Source of the DNA: an uncultured Bacteroidales bacterium
GTDB taxonomy: Bacteria; Bacteroidota; Bacteroidia; Bacteroidales; Paludibacteraceae
Direction: 5' to 3'
Length of the DNA: 64,000 bases
Assembly: GCA_946534715.1 (NCBI GenBank)
Contig: CAMNCW010000026.1
Location: forward strand, 5,611-69,610
Shown: one piece after another, positions 50,785 to 59,373 of the stretch
Layout: every line of letters starts with the position of its first letter
Numbering within the stretch: position 1 is the first letter of the stretch
Notes under the pieces: generated by a model
The model's database searches: none
What the model was told of the DNA's origin: nothing
What the model saw: the letters and a program-made list of their open reading frames with translations, nothing else
Made by a program: the position numbers and the translations under genes

Positions 50785-51411
50785 ATGAACAAAATTTCAA
50801 TTATTGTAGATTCAGTTTTGTGTGCCGCAGTAGTGGCCTTGTTTGTGATGTTTTTTGTAGCCATGCCGAAGAGCAAGAAGCCTGTTAATCAGGATGTTGA
50901 GGCTTCAGGCGAGTTACTGCCTATTGCTGTAGTGAATACAGATTCGATTTTGAAACATTACACTTTAGCCGTTGAGGCATCGGATAAATTGATGGCTCAA
51001 TATGAGGAGTCCACGGTTAAACTGGATACCAAAGCAAAAGCCCTTCAGAAAGAGTACGAGACTTTCCAACGCGACGTTGTGGATTTTCAGCGCAAAGTGG
51101 AGGCCAATGCTTTCCTGAGCCGCGAACGTGCCGAGTCTGAGCAATCTCGTTTGCAGAAAAAAGAGCAACAGTTGATGAGCAAACAGCAGGATTTGGAAAA
51201 TCTGCGTCAGAAATTGAGCTCGGATTTTATGAACGAGCAGGCTGCTTTGACCCAACAGTTGCAGGATTCAGTACAACAATATCTGCGTGAATATAACGCT
51301 GACGGTCATCTGCATCTGATTCTAAATGAAGCTGTTCTGATGAACAAAGTGGCAGGCTATGACATTACCGATGAGGTGATTGAAGGTCTGAATGCACGGT
51401 ATAAGAAGTAA
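50785..51411 (+). CDS. OmpH/Skp-family periplasmic chaperone
   Basis: 208 aa. N-terminal anchor, then long Q/E/K-rich coiled coil typical of OmpH. Confidence 0.75.
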   Translation: MNKISIIVDSVLCAAVVALFVMFFVAMPKSKKPVNQDVEASGELLPIAVVNTDSILKHYTLAVEASDKLMAQYEESTVKLDTKAKALQKEYETFQRDVVDFQRKVEANAFLSRERAESEQSRLQKKEQQLMSKQQDLENLRQKLSSDFMNEQAALTQQLQDSVQQYLREYNADGHLHLILNEAVLMNKVAGYDITDEVIEGLNARYKK

Positions 51412-51413
51412 AT

Positions 51414-51447
51414 AACCCCCTCCCGACCTCCCCCACAAGGGGAGGAG
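51414..51447 (-). repeat. Solo G/C hairpin element (reverse orientation) directly after a stop codon
   Basis: TAA-at-aaccccctcccgacctcccccacaaggggaggag. Same left-arm sequence as 24748 and 29132. Confidence 0.85.
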
Positions 51448-51471
51448 AACGGGAAAGATAGAAATAGAAAG

Positions 51472-53316
51472 ATGAGTAAGGAAAGGATGACATATAAGAA
51501 GATATGGACAGGACTGATTGTCCTTTCCTTATTTTTGCTTTCTATTGCGCCTTTGTCTGCACAACGTATTCCTGAGGCGATTGAGTACACAGAAGTGTAT
51601 GATTTTATAGAAGAACTGACGAGTGACGGCGTTATTCAAAGTAACGCGGCGATAAAGCCGTACACGCGGGATGCCATCGCCCGGATGTTGCTGGACGCAC
51701 AAAGCAAGGATTCGCTGCTGAATCAACGGCAGAAGGATGATTTGCAGTTCTATTTGCAGGATTATGCGTTAGAAGCGGACACTCTGCCGGTTTATTACAG
51801 TTACGGACATCGGCATGTGACGCAATGGATTACGCCGGTTTCTAATCTGTCTTTGGCAGATCCGAGTTTGCATATTCTGACGCAAAACAAAGTGTTCAAG
51901 ATGCGTGTTCGTCCGATTTTGGGCATGGATCTGAGTTATAACAAACGCGGCATGCTGATGCATCGTTGGTATGGCGCAGAGATTCAAATGGACATTGCGC
52001 ATCATTTGTCTATTTGGGGTTCGATCCGTGATAACAGTTGGAGCGGACAAGGCATAGATGGTTCGAAAATTACCAAACCGCTGTATCTGAATGATTTAGC
52101 CGGAGTGCAATATAAGGAATCGAACTATGGCGGCGATTTTTCGGATTCGCGTGGTGGTATTTCGCTCTATACGTGGTGGGGTAGTATAGGCGTTCAGCGC
52201 GAACGCATTCAATGGGGCGATGCACAGCATTGCTCCAATATCCTGTCGGCGCATAATCCCGCAGTTCCAATGGTAACGTTGCAGTTGACGCCGTGCAAGT
52301 GGTTTCAATTTGATTATTTCCACGCATGGCTTCCGAGCAACGTAATGGACTCAACGTATTATTACTCAGAGCGTTACAAAGAAGGCGAGACGAAATTGAA
52401 CTACCGTCCGGCGAATAAGTTTATGGCGGCGAACATGTTTACGTTCATGCCGATCAAATACATTCAGTTTTCGTTCGGAAACTCAATTGTTTATGCCGAA
52501 CGCACTGTGCAAGCGGCTTATTTTATTCCGATTGCGTTTTATAAATCGCTGGATCACTTGTTGACGAAAGGTCTTGGATCTGAAAATCAGAACTCGCAGG
52601 TTTTTGCAAGTATTTCTGTGCGTCCGACCGATCATTTGAGGCTGTATGGTTCTTTCTTCTTAGACGAATTCAAGTTAGCACGTCTAAATCCATCGAACAA
52701 AGAGAAGAATCCTATTTCTTATTTGGTGGGATTCAACTGGAGCGGCTGGCCTGTTAAAGGTTTGTCGTTACGAGGTGAGTTTATGCGCTCATATATCGCT
52801 TGCTACACGCATTCTATTAAGGTAACTGATTATAGTTCAAACAGTTACAATATGGGACATTATATGGGTGACAATGCACAGAGTATTTTTGTGCAGTTGG
52901 CTTATCGTCCCGTTCGCGGACTTCGTTTGACGCTTGATTACACGAATGACACCAAATACCGCGCGTATGATTATGTGCGTGCCTATATAGCGGGACAGCG
53001 CAATACAACGACGCCAATTATTGCCCAGAAGCCGTTTGACGAGAAGATCTGGCGCAACGATATTCTTCGTTTCCGCGCAGTGTATGAGGTGTTTAACAAC
53101 TGTTATGCACATGTGGATGTGAGTTACAACAACGCGCGAGCGTACGCTCCTCAATCCGCGCGCATATTAGGCGAGGACAGAGGATGGAATGCCGATGGTA
53201 CTTCACAAGAGTTAGCCGGAGACGAGTTGGTTAACTATTATCTGAATAAGTACACGCCGGTTTATTTACAAGGCAAAAACGTCACCGTGACTTGCGGTTT
53301 GAGTTTTGGATTCTAA
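51472..53316 (+). CDS. Outer-membrane beta-barrel protein (Wzi-like capsule-assembly family, tentative)
   Basis: Signal peptide. N-terminal YDFIEELTSDGVI...IKPYTRDAIARML helix motif. C-terminal ...CGLSFGF beta-signal. Confidence 0.5.
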   Translation: MSKERMTYKKIWTGLIVLSLFLLSIAPLSAQRIPEAIEYTEVYDFIEELTSDGVIQSNAAIKPYTRDAIARMLLDAQSKDSLLNQRQKDDLQFYLQDYALEADTLPVYYSYGHRHVTQWITPVSNLSLADPSLHILTQNKVFKMRVRPILGMDLSYNKRGMLMHRWYGAEIQMDIAHHLSIWGSIRDNSWSGQGIDGSKITKPLYLNDLAGVQYKESNYGGDFSDSRGGISLYTWWGSIGVQRERIQWGDAQHCSNILSAHNPAVPMVTLQLTPCKWFQFDYFHAWLPSNVMDSTYYYSERYKEGETKLNYRPANKFMAANMFTFMPIKYIQFSFGNSIVYAERTVQAAYFIPIAFYKSLDHLLTKGLGSENQNSQVFASISVRPTDHLRLYGSFFLDEFKLARLNPSNKEKNPISYLVGFNWSGWPVKGLSLRGEFMRSYIACYTHSIKVTDYSSNSYNMGHYMGDNAQSIFVQLAYRPVRGLRLTLDYTNDTKYRAYDYVRAYIAGQRNTTTPIIAQKPFDEKIWRNDILRFRAVYEVFNNCYAHVDVSYNNARAYAPQSARILGEDRGWNADGTSQELAGDELVNYYLNKYTPVYLQGKNVTVTCGLSFGF

Positions 53317-54206
53317 TAGGCTTTGCGCATTTTCCGATAATCCCTGCGCGCCTGGAAGACGGCTTTGAAACTGCCCGGCCGGCCTTGCAAGAGATAGAAG
53401 AATGCCGCTGCATAATCTAAAAAGAACCTAATAAACAGCACTCCCCAAGGGTGTTGTTTGTTTTTATAAATCATGAGGAGGTTGTTTCGATGATTGAGGT
53501 AGTTTTTGCGGGGATTATCATAGCTGAGCGATCCGCCTCCGAGGTGATAAACGGTGCTTTGTGGAATGCACGCCAGTTTCCAACCGGCATTGCGCATTCT
53601 CCAACAAAGGTCTATTTCTTCCATATGGGCAAAGAAAGCAGCGTCTAATCCTCCAAACTCCTTATATATTTTCGTGCGCACGCACATGCACGCGCCCGAA
53701 GTCCAATCGATATTGATGATCGTGTCATATTGACCTTTATCTTCCTCCACTTTCCAAAGCACCCGTCCTCGGCAATAGGGATAGCCGAGCGCGTTGAGAA
53801 ATCCTCCAGCCGCTCCGGCATGCTCAAAGAACGCGCGGTTTTTCCAGCTATGGATCTTAGGCTGTACTGCCGCCACTTCCACATGCGAGTTCATATACTC
53901 AAGAAGGGGTTCAAGCCATCCTTGGGGCGTCTCCACATCGGAGTTGAGGAGCACGACATATTCGGAATCCACCTGCTCGATGGCGCGGTTATAGCCTTCC
54001 GCAAAGCCGTAGTTCTTATCCAAGACGATGGTCTTGACAGACGGGAACTCCTTGGCAACGACGTCAAGGCTATTATCCGTACTACCATTGTCCGCCACAA
54101 TGAGATCGACGGAAGCGAGGTTCTTCAGGCTGTTTACAACAGAGGGTAAATAGCGGCGCAACATCTCTGCGCCGTTCCAGTTTAATATGATAACACTACA
54201 TTTCAT
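53313..54206 (-). CDS. Family 2 glycosyltransferase
   Basis: CSVIILNWNG...VADNGSTDNS...NSD GT-A motifs. Confidence 0.85.
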   Translation of the reverse strand: MKCSVIILNWNGAEMLRRYLPSVVNSLKNLASVDLIVADNGSTDNSLDVVAKEFPSVKTIVLDKNYGFAEGYNRAIEQVDSEYVVLLNSDVETPQGWLEPLLEYMNSHVEVAAVQPKIHSWKNRAFFEHAGAAGGFLNALGYPYCRGRVLWKVEEDKGQYDTIINIDWTSGACMCVRTKIYKEFGGLDAAFFAHMEEIDLCWRMRNAGWKLACIPQSTVYHLGGGSLSYDNPRKNYLNHRNNLLMIYKNKQHPWGVLFIRFFLDYAAAFFYLLQGRPGSFKAVFQARRDYRKMRKAY

Positions 54207-55072
54207 GATCGTTTGAATTTCCAGCGGTTATGTGTCCAAAGCCAGAGATGCGGTTGTTCCTGAATATTGCGCTCCAGGATGCGTGCATAGGCGGTTGTTA
54301 TCTCCCCTTCGGCCGTGTTTTTCGGTTCAGCCGCGAGCGTTTTCATCTCGACATGGTAATAACCGCGTTTTTTGCGCGTGATATAGAGATAGAAAACGGG
54401 GTAGCCGAATTTCTTGCCCAACACTTCCCCTCCGTCAAGCCACCAAGTTTCTTGGTTCAGGAAAGTGAGTCCTGTTCGTGCCACTTCGGGTCGGGGTTTC
54501 TGGTCGCTGAGCAATCCGATCGTGATAGGTTGATGCTCCGAGCGATATCTTACCATCTCCCGCAGGATCCGCTGTTTCTCGACGCATTCGCCTCCTCTTT
54601 TCGCACGGAGCGCCAACATCAGACGATCTATGGAGGCATTTTTGAGTTTACGATAGACGTTGAGTTCTTTCACCCCCGGGGATAACCATTGCTGGATAGA
54701 GGCCATCCATTCCCAGTTGCCGAAGTGCGCGAGCATGAAAATACCGCCTCCTGCCGCATCAACCAAGCGGTTCACTTCATCCATATTTTCGAAGACAACA
54801 CGTTGCCGCATCTCTTCGTCGGAGCAACGGTAGCCATAGACGGACTCGACGATCGTGTCACAGAACTGGTGATAAAATGCCCGCGCTATTTGTTTCCGCT
54901 CCGCTTCGGTCTTCTCGGGAAATGAATTGCGGAGATTCATATCCACCAATTTCCTCCGGTAACGCACCAGATAGTACATTATCGGGAATACCAGTGCATC
55001 GGCGAAAGCATAATGGATTCGCAGGGGAAGACGACTTAAAGCAGCGGCGCAGCGAAGTAACATATCCAACAA
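54203..55072 (-). CDS. LpxL/HtrB-type lysophospholipid (lipid A biosynthesis) acyltransferase
   Basis: 289 aa. ...MLAHFGNWEW HX4-type active-site region. Confidence 0.75.
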   Translation of the reverse strand: MLDMLLRCAAALSRLPLRIHYAFADALVFPIMYYLVRYRRKLVDMNLRNSFPEKTEAERKQIARAFYHQFCDTIVESVYGYRCSDEEMRQRVVFENMDEVNRLVDAAGGGIFMLAHFGNWEWMASIQQWLSPGVKELNVYRKLKNASIDRLMLALRAKRGGECVEKQRILREMVRYRSEHQPITIGLLSDQKPRPEVARTGLTFLNQETWWLDGGEVLGKKFGYPVFYLYITRKKRGYYHVEMKTLAAEPKNTAEGEITTAYARILERNIQEQPHLWLWTHNRWKFKRS

Positions 55073-55905
55073 AAAGCAGTAATAACCGGTGAAGCTAAAA
55101 GAATACTATCAAAACGATCCAAGACCCCGCCATGTCCCGGCAAGAAGACCCCGGAGTCTTTCACTCCGAGTGAGCGTTTGAAAAGGCTCTCCATGAGATC
55201 TCCCATTGTACCAAAAGCGCTGACAAGGAAAGCAAAGATCAGAGCAACGAGCACCCCTGTTTTTCCGACCACGATAGCATCAAACCACCCGCAGGCATTG
55301 AGCACAAGTGCGCCCACGAAAGTGAAAACAATACCTCCACAGAGACCTTCCCAACTTTTCTTGGGACTAATATGCGGGCTCATTTTATGATTTCCATTAG
55401 GACGCTTTGCGGTAAGGCTACCGACTACATATGCGCCGGTGTCATTTACCCAAATGAGGACAAAAAGCGCCAAGAGGAGCCACTTATCCAAGAAATAGAG
55501 GAATGAGAGTGTGGATAAAGGAGCGGCGACCATAATCTGAGAGATCAGAAAATTCCCCCAATTCCGGAGCGGCTGGTCGGAATGATTCCAAATCTCATCC
55601 AAGAGGGTAGTGATCACAATCGGCAAATATGCCAGCATGAGCCCTAAGCCCAGGGTCTTATATTCCACTCCGTCCGGGGTCTTCCAAGCCAAGCACATGA
55701 CCATCGTCCAAAGGACCATAGTAGCCAAACAAGAGAAGATACGGAGGGTGGAAGATGACTTCACCAACCGATGAAACTCATCCACCGCCAACAAGCAAAC
55801 GATGAAAAGGATTCCGTTGATCGAATATGGGCTATACAGTATTCCACCCACGATACAGGCGACATATAATGCGCCAAAAATGGTTCGTTTTGATAATTCT
55901 GACAT
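55036..55905 (-). CDS. cdsA: Phosphatidate cytidylyltransferase
   Basis: SxxKRxxGVKDSGxxLPGHGGVLDRFDS signature. Confidence 0.9.
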   Translation of the reverse strand: MSELSKRTIFGALYVACIVGGILYSPYSINGILFIVCLLAVDEFHRLVKSSSTLRIFSCLATMVLWTMVMCLAWKTPDGVEYKTLGLGLMLAYLPIVITTLLDEIWNHSDQPLRNWGNFLISQIMVAAPLSTLSFLYFLDKWLLLALFVLIWVNDTGAYVVGSLTAKRPNGNHKMSPHISPKKSWEGLCGGIVFTFVGALVLNACGWFDAIVVGKTGVLVALIFAFLVSAFGTMGDLMESLFKRSLGVKDSGVFLPGHGGVLDRFDSILLASPVITAFCWICYFAAPLL

Positions 55906-55924
55906 TTTTTTTCAAAATTTTTTG

Positions 55925-55952
55925 CAAAATTACAAAAAAAATACTATCTTTG
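55925..55952. promoter_or_regulatory. Overlapping divergent -7 boxes
   Basis: caaaatta (reverse complement TAatTTTG, for cdsA) and TAtcTTTG (55945-55952, for ORF 55972) are only 12 nt apart. TTTG elements sit about 20 nt beyond each box. Confidence 0.55.
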
Positions 55953-55971
55953 CAAATAATTTTTAATTTTT

Positions 55972-56325
55972 ATGGAAAATAATAGCATTGAAATGGCTTT
56001 AATGGAGCCGGAAGAGCAGGAATTGGTGAAATTTATCTATAATTTCATTCCCGCAGAAGACCGAGGCAGTTTGAGTGCCGATGACATTTTATTGGTGTTG
56101 GATTTGATGGATGATTACTTAGAGGAACAATCCTTAGTCCGCGAAAATCCCGAAACAGGCGAGATGGAATACTTGGACGGCGAGGTAGATGAAACCGAGC
56201 AGTTGAACTATGTATTAGCGGCGGTAAAGGAAGAGGGACGTTCTATTACGGGTACTCAAATTCAGTTAATTCAAGATGCAGAACTTCAGTTCGGCATCGA
56301 GCATGGTTATTATACGGAGGAATAA
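55972..56325 (+). CDS. Acidic hypothetical protein (117 aa)
   Basis: Clean ORF after a promoter box, abutting ribF. No recognisable motif. Confidence 0.5.
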   Translation: MENNSIEMALMEPEEQELVKFIYNFIPAEDRGSLSADDILLVLDLMDDYLEEQSLVRENPETGEMEYLDGEVDETEQLNYVLAAVKEEGRSITGTQIQLIQDAELQFGIEHGYYTEE

Positions 56326-57204
56326 ATGCAAGGACGAATAGCAACAATAGGATTCTTTGATGGTGTTCATAAGGGGCATTGCTATTTGTTTGAGCATTTG
56401 CAGGAAGAGGCCGCCAAGCGTGATTTGGCTCCCTTGATTGTCACTTTTTATGAACATCCCCGTGCAGCTTTGCAAAGCGATTATATTCCGCAGTTATTAA
56501 GTACAATTGATGAACGGAAAGCGTTGCTAAGTGCTTATGGTGAGGTTTTGATGTTACCCTTCGCAGACATCAAGGAGCTTACAGCTGCGGAGTTCATCCG
56601 GTATTTGAAGGATCGCTATCAGGTGGAAGCAATCGTTATGGGTTACGACCATCGGTTTGGTTCTGACCGTCTCAAACACCCGCAGGAATACCGTTCTGCA
56701 GGTATGCCGTACGGGGTTGAGGTAATCACTATGGGTGAGTTCATCGACGGGGAATGGCATGTGTCTTCGACGGAAATACGTGCGGCATTGGAAAACGGCA
56801 ATATTGCTGTAGCCAATGAATTGTTGGGCCGGCCTTATTCGATAAGCGGCAAAGTAGTTAAGGGCAATGCGATCGGTCGCAATATAGGTTTCCCGACCGC
56901 CAATATAGCTCCGGATGATCCGCATAAGATTATTCCCAAGTGCGGCGTATATGCAGCGCGTGTAGATACTCCGACAATGGATAGTGCACCGGCGTTTGTG
57001 AATATCGGGAATAATCCCACTATCGGGAATAAGGAAGTGACGATAGAAGTACATATCCCTTCCTTCAAAGGAAATTTATACGACCAGCATCTCGAAATCC
57101 ATTTCGAGCGGTATATACGTGAAGAGCGTCAGTTTGACAGTTTGGATGAACTGCGGGAACAGATTAAGGCTGATATTGATAGCAGCCTGCGTCGGGACGC
57201 TTGA
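56326..57204 (+). CDS. ribF: Bifunctional riboflavin kinase / FMN adenylyltransferase
   Basis: IGFFDGVHKGH, ..GYDHRFG.. and ..GFPTANI.. motifs. Confidence 0.9.
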   Translation: MQGRIATIGFFDGVHKGHCYLFEHLQEEAAKRDLAPLIVTFYEHPRAALQSDYIPQLLSTIDERKALLSAYGEVLMLPFADIKELTAAEFIRYLKDRYQVEAIVMGYDHRFGSDRLKHPQEYRSAGMPYGVEVITMGEFIDGEWHVSSTEIRAALENGNIAVANELLGRPYSISGKVVKGNAIGRNIGFPTANIAPDDPHKIIPKCGVYAARVDTPTMDSAPAFVNIGNNPTIGNKEVTIEVHIPSFKGNLYDQHLEIHFERYIREERQFDSLDELREQIKADIDSSLRRDA

Positions 57205-58606
57205 GTGCGCGAGAAACGCCATCTCTATCCAACGGGAAGGGTAGTGCGGTTGCACTATCCGCAATGCCGATAGCGGGACTTACACTATCCAAGTGGAAGT
57301 CATAATAGACGTATTCCTTATATTTGTAGAAGTCATTCTTGAAGACTTTGGTTGTATCGGATTCCTGCCAATAGACATTTTGAGCGGCATGGGGAACCGG
57401 CAATGTGTCCGTCTTGAGGTAATTGCCGATAAAAGCACCCGGATAATAGCGGTCAAAGGGTGTAGCGACAACCAACTGGTTAGGCAAAAAGCCGGTAATG
57501 ATGCTATTATAGAAGGATGTGACAGTTTGTTCCGTTTTGCTGAGATTGTCAATAAAGACCGCAGCGGCATCGTCTTTCGCTACCGATTGAATACGGATAT
57601 TGGTGTAGTTGAAATAGGAAGCGATGGTGGAATGTATAAAATCCTGTTTTCCCCCTGCGCAATAGACGCAATACGAAGCACAGTTGCTGATCTCGGTATT
57701 GGAAACCACTGCGTTTGTGTTGAGCAGAACCAAGCCATATAAGGCATGGTTATGAATGCGACAGGCGTTCATTTGGAGCGTGGAAGTCGCATTTTTTTGT
57801 GTATTATAGCAATAAAGTCCTATGTTTCCGGAGAGGATATCGGTATAACTGAATTGGTAAAGTTGCGGTTTATCGGCTTGCAGGTAAATACCATTCCAAC
57901 TACCGCCGGCATAGGCATATGGAACCGAATCGAAGAGATTGTCCAAACGGTCACCCCGGATGACGATCGGAGCTTCCAAAGTTCCGTTTGCATTCACCTG
58001 ATCCAGGGCGTAGATACAAGCGCCATTATGCATGTAGAGCGTAGCACCGGCATCAATAGTAAGCGGTCCTCCAAAGATCAAGGTGTCGAAAATGAGGTAA
58101 GGTTTATCGGCTGTGAACGTAAAGACGGAGTTGTATTGGGTTCTACCTTTTCCTTTTTTACCAAGGCGGGTTACATCCTGTCCGTATGCCTCCAAACGCA
58201 CTTGCTGGTTTGTACCGGAAGCCAAGTGGAAATGGAGCATATCTTCTATGAGAACGGGTTTGTTGGATTGATTTTCTTTTGTTTGCGAGAGCCGGATGAA
58301 GACGTAAATACTATCTCCTCCGTTGATTTGGAGGTTCGAGAGACGCGACAAGTCGGCTTCGCCATCTATGTTGACGCTAAAGGCATCGTTTTTCTCTAAC
58401 CATATTTTCTCGATCATTAAGGCCGAGGCATTGCGGTTATATACCATCAGTTGGAGTGTGGCGCTACCTTGCTGCGTGAAGAGTGTATCGAAAGAGACGG
58501 TGTCTTTCGAGAAAGAGAGACGCAGGGCGGGATTATTATCCACTTGGTATTCCCTGCAACTCACAAGCGCGCACGCGCATATTATAATAAAGAGGAGTTT
58601 ACGCAC
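57164..58606 (-). CDS. Lipoprotein with right-handed parallel beta-helix repeats
   Basis: Lipobox ACALVSC. Repeated ..N..I.N / ..YGLVLLNTNAVVSNTEISNC.. turns. Confidence 0.55.
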   Translation of the reverse strand: MRKLLFIIICACALVSCREYQVDNNPALRLSFSKDTVSFDTLFTQQGSATLQLMVYNRNASALMIEKIWLEKNDAFSVNIDGEADLSRLSNLQINGGDSIYVFIRLSQTKENQSNKPVLIEDMLHFHLASGTNQQVRLEAYGQDVTRLGKKGKGRTQYNSVFTFTADKPYLIFDTLIFGGPLTIDAGATLYMHNGACIYALDQVNANGTLEAPIVIRGDRLDNLFDSVPYAYAGGSWNGIYLQADKPQLYQFSYTDILSGNIGLYCYNTQKNATSTLQMNACRIHNHALYGLVLLNTNAVVSNTEISNCASYCVYCAGGKQDFIHSTIASYFNYTNIRIQSVAKDDAAAVFIDNLSKTEQTVTSFYNSIITGFLPNQLVVATPFDRYYPGAFIGNYLKTDTLPVPHAAQNVYWQESDTTKVFKNDFYKYKEYVYYDFHLDSVSPAIGIADSATALPFPLDRDGVSRALKRPDAGCYQYQP

Positions 58607-58608
58607 GC

Positions 58609-59358
58609 TTATTCGAAATTAAAGGTCAGACAAATAGTGTGATTCGTCAAGCGCGAAATGGCGTTGGTGTAGAAATAATCCATTTCCGAGAGGTGATCAC
58701 GGCGCTTTTCAATCGGACATAACTGGTTTGCAAAGCCCATCCTGTATGTAATTTCGGGGCAGAACTTAAACCAGCGCGCATACAAGTCCACACCGAAGCC
58801 CACTTCTATGAAATAATCCATGAGGTTGAGGAGAATCGGCTTTTCGTTGTCGCGGCTTGCGTTGATAGAGACACCACCGCCGGCGATGACATATGGACGA
58901 TAATTGGCTTCGCGTTCGGCGCTCCATTTGAGATAGAGGGGTAGCGTAACAGGCATTGCGAGGACGTCTATCTTATCATAGTATTTCAGCGGCGTACCTT
59001 TTACCGGCGCACCTGATTCCGTTTTGTAGGTGAGTGTGCGGTTAATGAACTGCATACCGGGACAGAAACGCAGGTTGAGGTAACGGCAAAGGCGCAAGTC
59101 GGTAACAAATCCGATATGGAAACCCGGGAAGAGCCCTCCGACGCGTGCGTGGTAGATTTCCAGATTGCCGGTATTGGGGTCCACCAATTCCAATTGGCTA
59201 TCAGTCACACCGAAACTTGCGAGATTTACGCCCAATTGGAAACCGAAGTGGAAGATTTTATCGTCCACATACGGGTTGTTCTGTCCGACTTGTGCGCGTA
59301 AAGGCGCAAGCGAACAAATAGAAAGGGCTACTATTAGTATGAATTTATGTTTATTCAC
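58609..59358 (-). CDS. Small outer-membrane beta-barrel protein (PorT/OmpA-barrel-like)
   Basis: Signal peptide ..SLAPLRAQ. 249 aa of alternating pattern. C-terminal ..ICLTFNFE. Confidence 0.55.
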   Translation of the reverse strand: MNKHKFILIVALSICSLAPLRAQVGQNNPYVDDKIFHFGFQLGVNLASFGVTDSQLELVDPNTGNLEIYHARVGGLFPGFHIGFVTDLRLCRYLNLRFCPGMQFINRTLTYKTESGAPVKGTPLKYYDKIDVLAMPVTLPLYLKWSAEREANYRPYVIAGGGVSINASRDNEKPILLNLMDYFIEVGFGVDLYARWFKFCPEITYRMGFANQLCPIEKRRDHLSEMDYFYTNAISRLTNHTICLTFNFE

Positions 59359-59373
59359 AATGCCTGTTGTTTA

